Shown: in pieces, positions 37,901-52,900 of the stretch | Position numbering within the stretch: the stretch's first letter is position 1 | Layout: each line of letters opens with the position of its first letter | Source of the DNA: the human T2T-CHM13v2.0 reference genome, Homo sapiens | Reading direction: 5' to 3' (one strand) | Length of the DNA stretch: 64,000 nt | Assembly: GCF_009914755.1 (NCBI RefSeq) | Contig: NC_060932.1 | Notes under the pieces: model-generated | What the model was told of the DNA's origin: nothing | Seen by the model: only the letters and a program-made list of their open reading frames with translations | Database searches by the model: none | Position numbers and translations under genes: made by a program

Positions 37901-40900
37901 TTCCCATTCATAGAGCAGGTTTGAAACACTCTTTTTGGAGTATCTGGAAGTGGACATTTGGAGCGCTTTCTGAACTATGGTGAAAAAGGAAATATCTTCC
38001 AATGAAAACAAGACAGAAGCATTCTGAGAAACTTATTTGTGATGTGTGTCCTCAACAAACGGACTTGAACCTTTCGTTTCATGCAGTACTTCTGGAACAC
38101 TCTTTTTGAAGATTCTGCATGCGGATATTTGGATAGCTTTGAGGATTTCGTTGGAAACGGGCTTACATGTAAAAATTAGACAGCAGCATTCTCAGAAACT
38201 TCTTTGTGGTGTCTGCATTCAAGTCACAGAATTGAACTTCCCCTCACATAGAGCAGTTGTGCAGCACTCTATTTGTAGTATCTGGAAGTGGACATTTGGA
38301 GGGCTTTGTAGCCTATCTGGAAAAAGGAAATATCTTCCCATGAATGCGAGATAGAAGTAATCTCAGAAACATGTTTATGCTGTATCTACTCAACTAACTG
38401 TGCTGAACATTTCTATTGATAGAGCAGTTTTGAGACACTCTTCTTTTGGAATCTGCAAGTGGATATTTGGATAGATTTGAGGATTTCGTTGGAAACGGGA
38501 TTATATATAAAAAGTAGACAGCAGCATTCTCAGAAACTTCTTTGTGATGTTTGCATCCAGCTCTCAGAGTTGAACATTCCCTTTCATAGAGTAGGTTTGA
38601 AACCCTCTTTTTATAGTGTCTGGAAGCGGGCATTTGGAGCGCTTTCAGGCCTATGCTGAAAAAGGAAATATCTACCTATAGAAACTAGACAGAAGCATTC
38701 TGAGAATCACGTTTGTGATGTGGGTACTCAACTAACAGTGTTGATCCATTCTTTTGATACAGCAGTTTTGAACCACACTTTTTGTAGAATCTGCAAGTGG
38801 ATATTTGGATAGCTGTGAGGATTTCGTTGGAAACGGGAATGTCTTCATAGAAAATTTAGACAGAAACATTCTCAGAACCTTGATTGTGATGTGTGTTCTC
38901 CACTAACAGAGTTGAACCTTTCTTTTGACAGAACTGTTCTGAAACATTCTTTTTATAGAATCTGGAAGTGGATATTTGGAAAGCTTTGAGGATTTCGTTG
39001 GAAACGGGAATATCTTCAAATCAAATCTAGCCAGAAGCATTCTAAGAAACATCTTAGGGATGTTTACATTCAAGTCACAGAGTTGAACATTCCCTTTCAC
39101 AGAGCAGGTTTGAAACAATCTTCTCGTACTATCTGGCAGTGGACATTTTGAGCTCCTTGGGGCCTATGCTGAAAAAGGAAATATCTTCCGACAAAAACTA
39201 GACAGAAGCATTCGCAGAATCACGTTTGTGATGTGTGCACTCAACTGTCAGAATTGAACCTTGGTTTGGACAGAGCACTTTTGAAACACTCTCTTTGTAG
39301 AATCTGCAGGTGGATATTTGGCTAGCTTTGAGGATTTCGTTGGAAACGGTAATGTCTTCAAAGAAAATCTAGACAGAAGCATTCTCAGAAACACCTTCGT
39401 GATATTTGCAATCAAGTCACAGAGTTGAACCTTCCGTTTCATAGAGCAGGTTGGAAACACTCTTTTTGTATTATCTGGAAGTGGACATTTGGAGGGCTTT
39501 GTAGCCTATCTGGAAAAAGGAAATATCTTCCCATGAATGCGAGATAGAAGTAATCTCAGAAACATGTTTATGCTGTATCTACTCAACTAACTGTGCTGAA
39601 CATTTCTATTGATAGAGCAGTTTTGAGACACTCTTCTTTTGGAATCTGCAAGTGGATATTTGGATAGATTTGAGGATTTCGTTGGAAACGGGATTATATA
39701 TAAAAAGTAGACAGCAGCATTCTCAGAAACTTCTTTGTGATGTTTGCATCCAGCTCTCAGAGTTGAGCATTCCCTTTCATAGAGTAGGTTTGAAACCCTC
39801 TTTTTATAGTGTCTGGAAGCGGGCATTTGGAGCGCTTTCAGGCCTATGCTTAAAATAGGAAATATCTACCTACAGAAACTAGACAGAAGCATTCTGAGAA
39901 TCACGTTTGTGATGTGGGTACTCAACTAACAGTGTTGATCCATTCTTTTGATACAGCAGTTTTGAACCACACTTTTTGTAGAATCTGCAAGAGGATATTT
40001 GGATAGCTGTGAGGATTTCGTTGGAAACGGGAATGTCTTCAAAGAAAATCTAGACAGAAGCATTCTCAGAAACACCTTCGTGATGTTTGCAATCAAGTCA
40101 CAGAGTTGAACCTTCCGTTTCATAGAGCAGGTTGGAAACACTCTTATTGTAGTATCTGGAAGTGGACATTTGGAGCGCTTTCAGGCCTATGGTGAAAAAG
40201 GAAATATCTTCCCATAAAAACGACATAGAAGCTATCTCAGGAACTTGTTTATGATGCATCTAATCAACTAACAGTGTTGAACCTTTGTACTGACAGAGCA
40301 GTTTGAAACACTCTTTTTTTGGAATCTGCAAGTGGATATTTGGATCGCTTTGAGGATTTCGTTGGAAACGGGATGCAATAAAAAACGTACACAGCAGCAT
40401 ACTCAGAAAATACTTTGCCATATTTCCATTCAAGTCACAGAGTGGAACATTCCCATTCATAGAGCAGGTTTGAAACACTCTTTTTGGAGTATCTGGAAGT
40501 GGACATTTGGAGCGCTTTCTGAACTATGGTGAAAAAGGAAATATCTTCCAATGAAAACAAGACAGAAGCATTCTGAGAAACTTATTTGTGATGTGTGTCC
40601 TCAACAAACGGACTTGAACCTTTCGTTTCATGCAGTACTTCTGGAACACTCTTTTTGAAGATTCTGCATGCGGATATTTGGATAGCTTTGAGGATTTCGT
40701 TGGAAACGGGCTTACATGTAAAAATTAGACAGCAGCATTCTCAGAAACTTCTTTGTGGTGTCTGCATTCAAGTCACAGAATTGAACTTCCCCTCACATAG
40801 AGCAGTTGTGCAGCACTCTATTTGTAGTATCTCGAAGTGGACATTTGGAGGGCTTTGTAGCCTATCTGGAAAAAGGAAATATCTTCCCATGAATGCGAGA

Positions 40901-43900
40901 TAGAAGTAATCTCAGAAACATGTTTATGCTGTATCTACTCAACTAACTGTGCTGAACATTTCTATTGATAGAGCAGTTTTGAGACACTCTTCTTTTGGAA
41001 TCTGCAAGTGGATATTTGGATAGATTTGAGGATTTCGTTGGAAACGGGATTATATATCAAAAGTAGACAGCAGCATTCTCAGAAACTTCTTTGTGATGTT
41101 TGCATCCAGCTCTCAGAGTTGAACATTCCCTTTCATAGAGTAGGTTTGAAACCCTCTTTTTATAGTGTCTGGAAGCGGGCATTTGGAGCGCTTTCAGGCC
41201 TATCCTTAAAATAGGAAATATCTACCTATAGAAACTAGACAGAAGCATTCTGAGAATCACGTTTGTGATGTGGGTACTCAACTAACAGTGTTGATCCATT
41301 CTTTTGATACAGCAGTTTTGAACCACACTTTTTGTAGAATCTGCAAGTGGATATTTGGATAGCTGTGAGGATTTCGTTGGAAACGGGAATGTCTTCATAG
41401 AAAATTTAGACAGAAGCATTCTCAGAACCTTGATTGTGATGTGTGTTCTCCACTAACAGAGTTGAACCTTTCTTTTGACAGAACTGTTCTGAAACATTCT
41501 TTTTATAGAATCTGGAAGTGGATATTTGGAAAGCTTTGAGGATTTCGTTGGAAACGGGAATATCTTCAAATAAAATCTAGCCAGAAGCATTCTAAGAAAC
41601 ATCTTAGGGATGTTTACATTCAAGTCACAGAGTTGAACATTCCCTTTCACAGAGCAGGTTTGAAACAATCTTCTCGTACTATCTGGCAGTGGACATTTTG
41701 AGCTCCTTGGGGCCTATGCTGAAAAAGGAAATATCTTCCGACAAAAACTAGACAGAAGCATTCGCAGAATCACGTTTGTGATGTGTGCACTCAACTGTCA
41801 GAATTGAACCTTGGTTTGGAGAGAGCACTTTTGAAACACTCTTTTTGTAGAATCTGCAGGTGGATATTTGGCTAGCTTTGAGGATTTCGTTGGAAACGGT
41901 AATGTCTTCAAAGAAAATCTAGACAGAAGCATTCTCAGAAACAACTTCGTGATGTTTGCAATCAAGTCACAGAGTTGAACCTTCCGTTTCATAGAGCAGG
42001 TTGGAAACACTCTTTTTGTAGTATCTGGAAGTGGACATTTGGAGGGCTTTGTAGCCTATCTGGAAAAAGGAAATATCTTCCCATGAATGCGAGATAGAAG
42101 TAATCTCAGAAACATGTTTATGCTGTATCTACTCAACTAACTGTGCTGAACATTTCTATTGATAGAGCAGTTTTGAGACACTCTTCTTTTGGAATCTGCA
42201 AGTGGATATTTGGATAGATTTGAGGATTTCGTTGGAAACGGGATTATATATAAAAAGTAGACAGCAGCATTCTCAGAAACTTCTTTGTGATGTTTGCATC
42301 CAGCTCTCAGAGTTGAACATTCCCTTTCATAGAGTAGGTTTGAAACCCTCTTTTTATAGTGTCTGGAAGCGGGCATTTGGAGCGCATTCAGGCCTATGCT
42401 TAAAATAGGAAATATCTACCTACAGAAACTAGACAGAAGCATTCTGAGAATCACGTTTGTGATGTGGGTACTCAACTAACAGTGTTGATCCATTCTTTTG
42501 ATACAGCAGTTTTGAACCACACTTTTTGTAGAATCTGCAAGAGGATATTTGGATAGCTGTGAGGATTTCGTTGGAAACGGGAATGTCTTCAAAGAAAATC
42601 TAGACAGAAGCATTCTCAGAAACACCTTCGTGATGTTTGCAATCAAGTCACAGAGTTGAACCTTCCGTTTCATAGAGCAGGTTGGAAACACTCTTATTGT
42701 AGTATCTGGAAGTGGACATTTGGAGCGCTTTCAGGCCTATGGTGAAAAAGGAAATATCTTCCCATAAAAACGACATAGAAGCTATCTCAGGAACTTGTTT
42801 ATGATGCATCTAATCAACTAACAGTGTTGAACCTTTGTACTGAGAGAGCAGTTTGAAACACTCTTTTTTTGGAATCTGCAAGTGGATATTTGGATCGCTT
42901 TGAGGATTTCGTTGGAAACGGGATGCAATATAAAACGTACACAGCAGCATACTCAGAAAATACTTTGCCATATTTCCATTCAAGTCACAGAGTGGAACAT
43001 TCCCATTCATAGAGCAGGTTGGAAACACTCTTTTTGGAGTATCTGGAAGTGGACATTTGGAGCGCTTTCTGAACTATGGTGAAAAAGGAAATATCTTCCA
43101 ATGAAAACAAGACAGAAGCATTCTGAGAAACTTATTTGTGATGTGTGTCCTCAACAAACGGACTTGAACCTTTCGTTTCATGCAGTACTTCTGGAACACT
43201 CTTTTTGAAGATTCTGCATGCGGATATTTGGATAGCTTTGAGGATTTCGTTGGAAACGGGCTTACATGTAAAAATTAGACAGCAGCATTCTCAGAAACTT
43301 CTTTGTGGTGTCTGCATTCAAGTCACAGAATTGAACTTCCCCTCACATAGAGCAGTTGTGCAGCACTCTATTTGTAGTATCTGGAAGTGGACATTTGGAG
43401 GGCTTTGTAGCCTATCTGGAAAAAGGAAATATCTTCCCATGAATGCGAGATAGAAGTAATCTCAGAAACATGTTTATGCTCTATCTACTCAACTAACTGT
43501 GCTGAACATTTCTATTGATAGAGCAGTTTTGAGACACTCTTCTTTTGGAATCTGCAAGTGGATATTTGGATAGATTTGAGGATTTCGTTGGAAACGGGAT
43601 TATATATCAAAAGCAGACAGCAGCATTCTCAGAAACTTCTTTGTGATGTTTGCATCCAGCTCTCAGAGTTGAACATTCCCTTTCATAGAGTAGGTTTGAA
43701 ACCCTCTTTTTATAGTGTCTGGAAGCGGGCATTTGGAGCGCTTTCAGGCCTATGCTTAAAATAGGAAATATCTACCTACAGAAACTAGACAGAAGCATTC
43801 TGAGAATCACGTTTGTGATGTGGGTACTCAACTAACAGTGTTGATCCATTCTTTTGATACAGCAGTTTTGAACCACACTTTTTGTAGAATCTGCAAGAGG

Positions 43901-43959
43901 ATATTTGGATAGCTGTGAGGATTTCGTTGGAAACGGGAATGTCTTCAAAGAAAATCTAG
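34956..43959 (+). repeat. Block 15+15+15+8 (2549+2549+2550+1356 = 9004 bp), super-unit copy 1
   Basis: Unit starts 34956, 37505, 40054, 42604. Confidence 0.88.
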
Positions 43960-46900
43960 ACAGAAGCATTCTCAGAAACACCTTCGTGATGTTTGCAATC
44001 AAGTCACAGAGTTGAACCTTCCGTTTCATAGAGCAGGTTGGAAACACTCTTATTGTAGTATCTGGAAGTGGACATTTGGAGCGCTTTCAGGCCTATGGTG
44101 AAAAAGGAAATATCTTCCCATAAAAACGACATAGAAGCTATCTCAGGAACTTGTTTATGATGCATCTAATCAACTAACAGTGTTGAACCTTTGTACTGAC
44201 AGAGCAGTTTGAAACACTCTTTTTTTGGAATCTGCAAGTGGATATTTGGATCGCTTTGAGGATTTCGTTGGAAACGGGATGCAATATAAAACGTACACAG
44301 CAGCATACTCAGAAAATACTTTGCCATATTTCCATTCAAGTCACAGAGTGGAACATTCCCATTCATAGAGCAGGTTGGAAACACTCTTTTTGGAGTATCT
44401 GGAAGTGGACATTTGGAGCGCTTTCTGAACTATGGTGAAAAAGGAAATATCTTCCAATGAAAACAAGACAGAAGCATTCTGAGAAACTTATTTGTGATGT
44501 GTGTCCTCAACAAACGGACTTGAACCTTTCGTTTCATGCAGTACTTCTGGAACACTCTTTTTGAAGATTCTGCATGCGGATATTTGGATAGCTTTGAGGA
44601 TTTCGTTGGAAACGGGCTTACATGTAAAAATTAGACAGCAGCATTCTCAGAAACTTCTTTGTGGTGTCTGCATTCAAGTCACAGAATTGAACTTCCCCTC
44701 ACATAGAGCAGTTGTGCAGCACTCTATTTGTAGTATCTGGAAGTGGACATTTGGAGGGCTTTGTAGCCTATCTGGAAAAAGGAAATATCTTCCCATGAAT
44801 GCGAGATAGAAGTAATCTCAGAAACATGTTTATGCTGTATCTACTCAACTAACTGTGCTGAACATTTCTATTGATAGAGCAGTTTTGAGACACTCTTCTT
44901 TTGGAATCTGCAAGTGGATATTTGGATAGATTTGAGGATTTCGTTGGAAACGGGATTATATATAAAAAGTAGACAGCAGCATTCTCAGAAACTTCTTTGT
45001 GATGTTTGCATCCAGCTCTCAGAGTTGAACATTCCCTTTCATAGAGTAGGTTTGAAACCCTCTTTTTATAGTGTCTGGAAGCGGGCATTTGGAGCGATTT
45101 CAGGCCTATGCGGAAAAAGGAAATATCTACCTATAGAAACTAGACAGAAGCATTCTGAGAATCACGTTTGTGATGTGGGTACTCAACTAACAGTGTTGAT
45201 CCATTCTTTTGATACAGCAGTTTTGAACCACACTTTTTGTAGAATCTGCAAGTGGATATTTGGATAGCTGTGAGGATTTCGTTGGAAACGGGAATGTCTT
45301 CATAGAAAATTTAGACAGAAACATTCTCAGAACCTTGATTGTGATGTGTGTTCTCCACTAACAGAGTTGAACCTTTCTTTTGACAGAACTGTTCTGAAAC
45401 ATTCTTTTTATAGAATCTGGAAGTGGATATTTGGAAAGCTTTGAGGATTTCGTTGGAAACGGGAATATCTTCAAATAAAATCTAGCCAGAAGCATTCTAA
45501 GAAACATCTTAGGGATGTTTACATTCAAGTCACAGAGTTGAACATTCCCTTTCACAGAGCAGGTTTGAAACAATCTTCTCGTACTATCTGGCAGTGGACA
45601 TTTTGAGCTCCTTGGGGCCTATGCTGAAAAAGGAAATATCTTCCGACAAAAACTAGACAGAAGCATTCGCAGAATCACGTTTGTGATGTGTGCACTCAAC
45701 TGTCAGAATTGAACCTTGGTTTGGACAGAGCACTTTTGAAACACTCTCTTTGTAGAATCTGCAGGTGGATATTTGGCTAGCTTTGAGGATTTCGTTGGAA
45801 ACGGTAATGTCTTCAAAGAAAATCTAGACAGAAGCATTCTCAGAAACACCTTCGTGATATTTGCAATCAAGTCACAGAGTTGAACCTTCCGTTTCATAGA
45901 GCAGGTTGGAAACACTCTTTTTGTAGTATCTGGAAGTGGACATTTGGAGGGCTTTGTAGCCTATCTGGAAAAAGGAAATATCTTCCCATGAATGCGAGAT
46001 AGAAGTAATCTCAGAAACATGTTTATGCTGTATCTACTCAACTAACTGTGCTGAACATTTCTATTGATAGAGCAGTTTTGAGACACTCTTCTTTTGGAAT
46101 CTGCAAGTGGATATTTGGATAGATTTGAGGATTTCGTTGGAAACGGGATTATATATAAAAAGTAGACAGCAGCATTCTCAGAAACTTCTTTGTGATGTTT
46201 GCATCCAGCTCTCAGAGTTGAGCATTCCCTTTCATAGAGTAGGTTTGAAACCCTCTTTTTATAGTGTCTGGAAGCGGGCATTTGGAGCGCTTTCAGGCCT
46301 ATGCTTAAAATAGGAAATATCTACCTACAGAAACTAGACAGAAGCATTCTGAGAATCACGTTTGTGATGTGGGTACTCAACTAACAGTGTTGATCCATTC
46401 TTTTGATACAGCAGTTTTGAACCACACTTTTTGTAGAATCTGCAAGAGGATATTTGGATAGCTGTGAGGATTTCGTTGGAAACGGGAATGTCTTCAAAGA
46501 AAATCTAGACAGAAGCATTCTCAGAAACACCTTCGTGATGTTTGCAATCAAGTCACAGAGTTGAACCTTCCGTTTCATAGAGCAGGTTGGAAACACTCTT
46601 ATTGTAGTATCTGGAAGTGGACATTTGGAGCGCTTTCAGGCCTATGGTGAAAAAGGAAATATCTTCCCATAAAAACGACATAGAAGCTATCTCAGGAACT
46701 TGTTTATGATGCATCTAATCAACTAACAGTGTTGAACCTTTGTACTGACAGAGCAGTTTGAAACACTCTTTTTTTGGAATCTGCAAGTGGATATTTGGAT
46801 CGCTTTGAGGATTTCGTTGGAAACGGGATGCAATATAAAACGTACACAGCAGCATACTCAGAAAATACTTTGCCATATTTCCATTCAAGTCACAGAGTGG

Positions 46901-49900
46901 AACATTCCCATTCATAGAGCAGGTTGGAAACACTCTTTTTGGAGTATCTGGAAGTGGACATTTGGAGCGCTTTCTGAACTATGGTGAAAAAGGAAATATC
47001 TTCCAATGAAAACAAGACAGAAGCATTCTGAGAAACTTATTTGTGATGTGTGTCCTCAACAAACGGACTTGAACCTTTCGTTTCATGCAGTACTTCTGGA
47101 ACACTCTTTTTGAAGATTCTGCATGCGGATATTTGGATAGCTTTGAGGATTTCGTTGGAAACGGGCTTACATGTAAAAATTAGACAGCAGCATTCTCAGA
47201 AACTTCTTTGTGGTGTCTGCATTCAAGTCACAGAATTGAACTTCCCCTCACATAGAGCAGTTGTGCAGCACTCTATTTGTAGTATCTGGAAGTGGACATT
47301 TGGAGGGCTTTGTAGCCTATCTGGAAAAAGGAAATATCTTCCCATGAATGCGAGATAGAAGTAATCTCAGAAACATGTTTATGCTGTATCTACTCAACTA
47401 ACTGTGCTGAACATTTCTATTGATAGAGCAGTTTTGAGACACTCTTCTTTTGGAATCTGCAAGTGGATATTTGGATAGATTTGAGGATTTCGTTGGAAAC
47501 GGGATTATATATAAAAAGTAGACAGCAGCATTCTCAGAAACTTCTTTGTGATGTTTGCATCCAGCTCTCAGAGTTGAACATTCCCTTTCATAGAGTAGGT
47601 TTGAAACCCTCTTTTTATAGTGTCTGGAAGCGGGCATTTGGAGCGATTTCAGGCCTATGCGGAAAAAGGAAATATCTACCTATAGAAACTAGACAGAAGC
47701 ATTCTGAGAATCACGTTTGTGATGTGGGTACTCAACTAACAGTGTTGATCCATTCTTTTGATACAGCAGTTTTGAACCACACTTTTTGTAGAATCTGCAA
47801 GTGGATATTTGGATAGCTGTGAGGATTTCGTTGGAAACGGGAATGTCTTCATAGAAAATTTAGACAGAAACATTCTCAGAACCTTGATTGTGATGTGTGT
47901 TCTCCACTAACAGAGTTGAACCTTTCTTTTGACAGAACTGTTCTGAAACATTCTTTTTATAGAATCTGGAAGTGGATATTTGGAAAGCTTTGAGGATTTC
48001 GTTGGAAACGGGAATATCTTCAAATAAAATCTAGCCAGAAGCATTCTAAGAAACATCTTAGGGATGTTTACATTCAAGTCACAGAGTTGAACATTCCCTT
48101 TCACAGAGCAGGTTTGAAACAATCTTCTCGTACTATCTGGCAGTGGACATTTTGAGCTCCTTGGGGCCTATGCTGAAAAAGGAAATATCTTCCGACAAAA
48201 ACTAGACAGAAGCATTCGCAGAATCACGTTTGTGATGTGTGCACTCAACTGTCAGAATTGAACCTTGGTTTGGACAGAGCACTTTTGAAACACTCTCTTT
48301 GTAGAATCTGCAGGTGGATATTTGGCTAGCTTTGAGGATTTCGTTGGAAACGGTAATGTCTTCAAAGAAAATCTAGACAGAAGCATTCTCAGAAACACCT
48401 TCGTGATATTTGCAATCAAGTCACAGAGTTGAACCTTCCGTTTCATAGAGCAGGTTGGAAACACTCTTTTTGTAGTATCTGGAAGTGGACATTTGGAGGG
48501 CTTTGTAGCCTATCTGGAAAAAGGAAATATCTTCCCATGAATGCGAGATAGAAGTAATCTCAGAAACATGTTTATGCTGTATCTACTCAACTAACTGTGC
48601 TGAACATTTCTATTGATAGAGCAGTTTTGAGACACTCTTCTTTTGGAATCTGCAAGTGGATATTTGGATAGATTTGAGGATTTCGTTGGAAACGGGATTA
48701 TATATAAAAAGTAGACAGCAGCATTCTCAGAAACTTCTTTGTGATGTTTGCATCCAGCTCTCAGAGTTGAGCATTCCCTTTCATAGAGTAGGTTTGAAAC
48801 CCTCTTTTTATAGTGTCTGGAAGCGGGCATTTGGAGCGCTTTCAGGCCTATGCTTAAAATAGGAAATATCTACCTACAGAAACTAGACAGAAGCATTCTG
48901 AGAATCACGTTTGTGATGTGGGTACTCAACTAACAGTGTTGATCCATTCTTTTGATACAGCAGTTTTGAACCACACTTTTTGTAGAATCTGCAAGAGGAT
49001 ATTTGGATAGCTGTGAGGATTTCGTTGGAAACGGGAATGTCTTCAAAGAAAATCTAGACAGAAGCATTCTCAGAAACACCTTCGTGATGTTTGCAATCAA
49101 GTCACAGAGTTGAACCTTCCGTTTCATAGAGCAGGTTGGAAACACTCTTATTGTAGTATCTGGAAGTGGACATTTGGAGCGCTTTCAGGCCTATGGTGAA
49201 AAAGGAAATATCTTCCCATAAAAACGACATAGAAGCTATCTCAGGAACTTGTTTATGATGCATCTAATCAACTAACAGTGTTGAACCTTTGTACTGACAG
49301 AGCAGTTTGAAACACTCTTTTTTTGGAATCTGCAAGTGGATATTTGGATCGCTTTGAGGATTTCGTTTGAAACGGGATGCAATAAAAAACGTACACAGCA
49401 GCATACTCAGAAAATACTTTGCCATATTTCCATTCAAGTCACAGAGTGGAACATTCCCATTCATAGAGCAGGTTTGAAACACTCTTTTTGGAGTATCTGG
49501 AAGTGGACATTTGGAGCGCTTTCTGAACTATGGTGAAAAAGGAAATATCTTAAAATGAAAACAAGACAGAAGCATTCTGAGAAACTTATTTGTGATGTGT
49601 GTCCTCAACAAACGGACTTGAACCTTTCGTTTCATGCAGTACTTCTGGAACACTCTTTTTGAAGATTCTGCATGCGGATATTTGGATAGCTTTGAGGATT
49701 TCGTTGGAAACGGGCTTACATGTAAAAATTAGACAGCAGCATTCTCAGAAACTTCTTTGTGGTGTCTGCATTCAAGTCACAGAATTGAACTTCCCCTCAC
49801 ATAGAGCAGTTGTGCAGCACTCTATTTGTAGTATCTCGAAGTGGACATTTGGAGGGCTTTGTAGCCTATCTGGAAAAAGGAAATATCTTCCCATGAATGC

Positions 49901-52900
49901 GAGATAGAAGTAATCTCAGAAACATGTTTATGCTGTATCTACTCAACTAACTGTGCTGAACATTTCTATTGATAGAGCAGTTTTGAGACACTCTTCTTTT
50001 GGAATCTGCAAGTGGATATTTGGATAGATTTGAGGATTTCGTTGGAAACGGGATTATATATAAAAAGTAGACAGCAGCATTCTCAGAAACTTCTTTGTGA
50101 TGTTTGCATCCAGCTCTCAGAGTTGAACATTCCCTTTCATAGAGTAGGTTTGAAACCCTCTTTTTATAGTGTCTGGAAGCGGGCATTTGGAGCGCTTTCA
50201 GGCCTATGCTTAAAATAGGAAATATCTACCTATAGAAACTAGACAGAAGCATTCTGAGAATCACGTTTGTGATGTGGGTACTCAACTAACAGTGTTGATC
50301 CATTCTTTTGATACAGCAGTTTTGAACCACACTTTTTGTAGAATCTGCAAGTGGATATTTGGATAGCTGTGAGGATTTCGTTGGAAACGGGAATGTCTTC
50401 ATAGAAAATTTAGACAGAAGCATTCTCAGAACCTTGATTGTGATGTGTGTTCTCCACTAACAGAGTTGAACCTTTCTTTTGACAGAACTGTTCTGAAACA
50501 TTCTTTTTATAGAATCTGGAAGTGGATATTTGGAAAGCTTTGAGGATTTCGTTGGAAACGGGAATATCTTCAAATAAAATCTAGCCAGAAGCATTCTAAG
50601 AAACATCTTAGGGATGTTTACATTCAAGTCACAGAGTTGAACATTCCCTTTCACAGAGCAGGTTTGAAACAATCTTCTCGTACTATCTGGCAGTGGACAT
50701 TTTGAGCTCCTTGGGGCCTATGCTGAAAAAGGAAATATCTTCCGACAAAAACTAGACAGAAGCATTCGCAGAATCACGTTTGTGATGTGTGCACTCAACT
50801 GTCAGAATTGAACCTTGGTTTGGACAGAGCACTTTTGAAACACTCTTTTTGTAGAATCTGCAGGTGGATATTTGGCTAGCTTTGAGGATTTCGTTGGAAA
50901 CGGTAATGTCTTCAAAGAAAATCTAGACAGAAGCATTCTCAGAAACAACTTCGTGATGTTTGCAATCAAGTCACAGAGTTGAACCTTCCGTTTCATAGAG
51001 CAGGTTGGAAACACTCTTTTTGTAGTATCTGGAAGTGGACATTTGGAGGGCTTTGTAGCCTATCTGGAAAAAGGAAATATCTTCCCATGAATGCGAGATA
51101 GAAGTAATCTCAGAAACATGTTTATGCTGTATCTACTCAACTAACTGTGCTGAACATTTCTATTGATAGAGCAGTTTTGAGACACTCTTCTTTTGGAATC
51201 TGCAAGTGGATATTTGGATAGATTTGAGGATTTCGTTGGAAACGGGATTATATATAAAAAGTAGACAGCAGCATTCTCAGAAACTTCTTTGTGATGTTTG
51301 CATCCAGCTCTCAGAGTTGAGCATTCCCTTTCATAGAGTAGGTTTGAAACCCTCTTTTTATAGTGTCTGGAAGCGGGCATTTGGAGCGCTTTCAGGCCTA
51401 TGCTTAAAATAGGAAATATCTACCTACAGAAACTAGACAGAAGCATTCTGAGAATCACGTTTGTGATGTGGGTACTCAACTAACAGTGTTGATCCATTCT
51501 TTTGATACAGCAGTTTTGAACCACACTTTTTGTAGAATCTGCAAGTGGATATTTGGAGAGCTGTGAGGATTTCGTTGGAAACGGGAATGTCTTCAAAGAA
51601 AATCTAGACAGAAGCATTCTCAGAAACACCTTCGTGATGTTTGCAATCAAGTCACAGAGTTGAACCTTCCGTTTCATAGAGCAGGTTGGAAACACTCTTA
51701 TTGTAGTATCTGGAAGTGGACATTTGGAGCGCTTTCAGGCCTATGGTGAAAAAGGAAATATCTTCCCATGAAAACGACATAGAAGCTATCTCAGGAACTT
51801 GTTTATGATGCATCTAATCAACTAACAGCGTTGAACCTTTGTACTGACAGAGCAGTTTGAAACACTCTTTTTTTGGAATCTGCAAGTGGATATTTGGATC
51901 GCTTTGAGGATTTCGTTGGAAACGGGATGCAATATAAAACGTACACAGCAGCATACTCAGAAAATACTTTGCCATATTTCCATTCAAGTCACAGAGTGGA
52001 ACATTCCCATTCATAGAGCAGGTTGGAAACACTCTTTTTGGAGTATCTGGAAGTGGACATTTGGAGCGCTTTCTGAACTATGGTGAAAAAGGAAATATCT
52101 TCCAATGAAAACAAGACAGAAGCATTCTGAGAAACTTATTTGTGATGTGTGTCCTCAACAAACGGACTTGAACCTTTCGTTTCATGCAGTACTTCTGGAA
52201 CACTCTTTTTGAAGATTCTGCATGCGGATATTTGGATAGCTTTGAGGATTTCGTTGGAAACGGGCTTACATGTAAAAATTAGACAGCAGCATTCTCAGAA
52301 ACTTCTTTGTGGTGTCTGCATTCAAGTCACAGAATTGAACTTCCCCTCACATAGAGCAGTTGTGCAGCACTCTATTTGTAGTATCTGGAAGTGGACATTT
52401 GGAGGGCTTTGTAGCCTATCTGGAAAAAGGAAATATCTTCCCATGAATGCGAGATAGAAGTAATCTCAGAAACATGTTTATGCTGTATCTACTCAACTAA
52501 CTGTGCTGAACATTTCTATTGATAGAGCAGTTTTGAGACACTCTTCTTTTGGAATCTGCAAGTGGATATTTGGATAGATTTGAGGATTTCGTTGGAAACG
52601 GGATTATAGATCAAAAGTAGACAGCAGCATTCTCAGAAACTTCTTTGTGATGTTTGCATCCAGCTCTCAGAGTTGAACATTCCCTTTCATAGAGTAGGTT
52701 TGAAACCCTCTTTTTATAGTGTCTGGAAGCGGGCATTTGGAGCGCATTCAGGCCTATGCTTAAAATAGGAAATATCTACCTACAGAAACTAGACAGAAGC
52801 ATTCTGAGAATCACGTTTGTGATGTGGGTACTCAACTAACAGTGTTGATCCATTCTTTTGATACAGCAGTTTTGAACCACACTTTTTGTAGAATCTGCAA

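Noticed and set aside
44914-47816. Two longer 117-aa ORFs
   Set aside because: Read-through caused by one tga>gga SNV in a recently duplicated HOR; no evidence of coding function.
49361-49377. Loss of CENP-B box (tttcgtttgaaacggga)
   Set aside because: The change is at a non-core N position; the nine core bases are intact.
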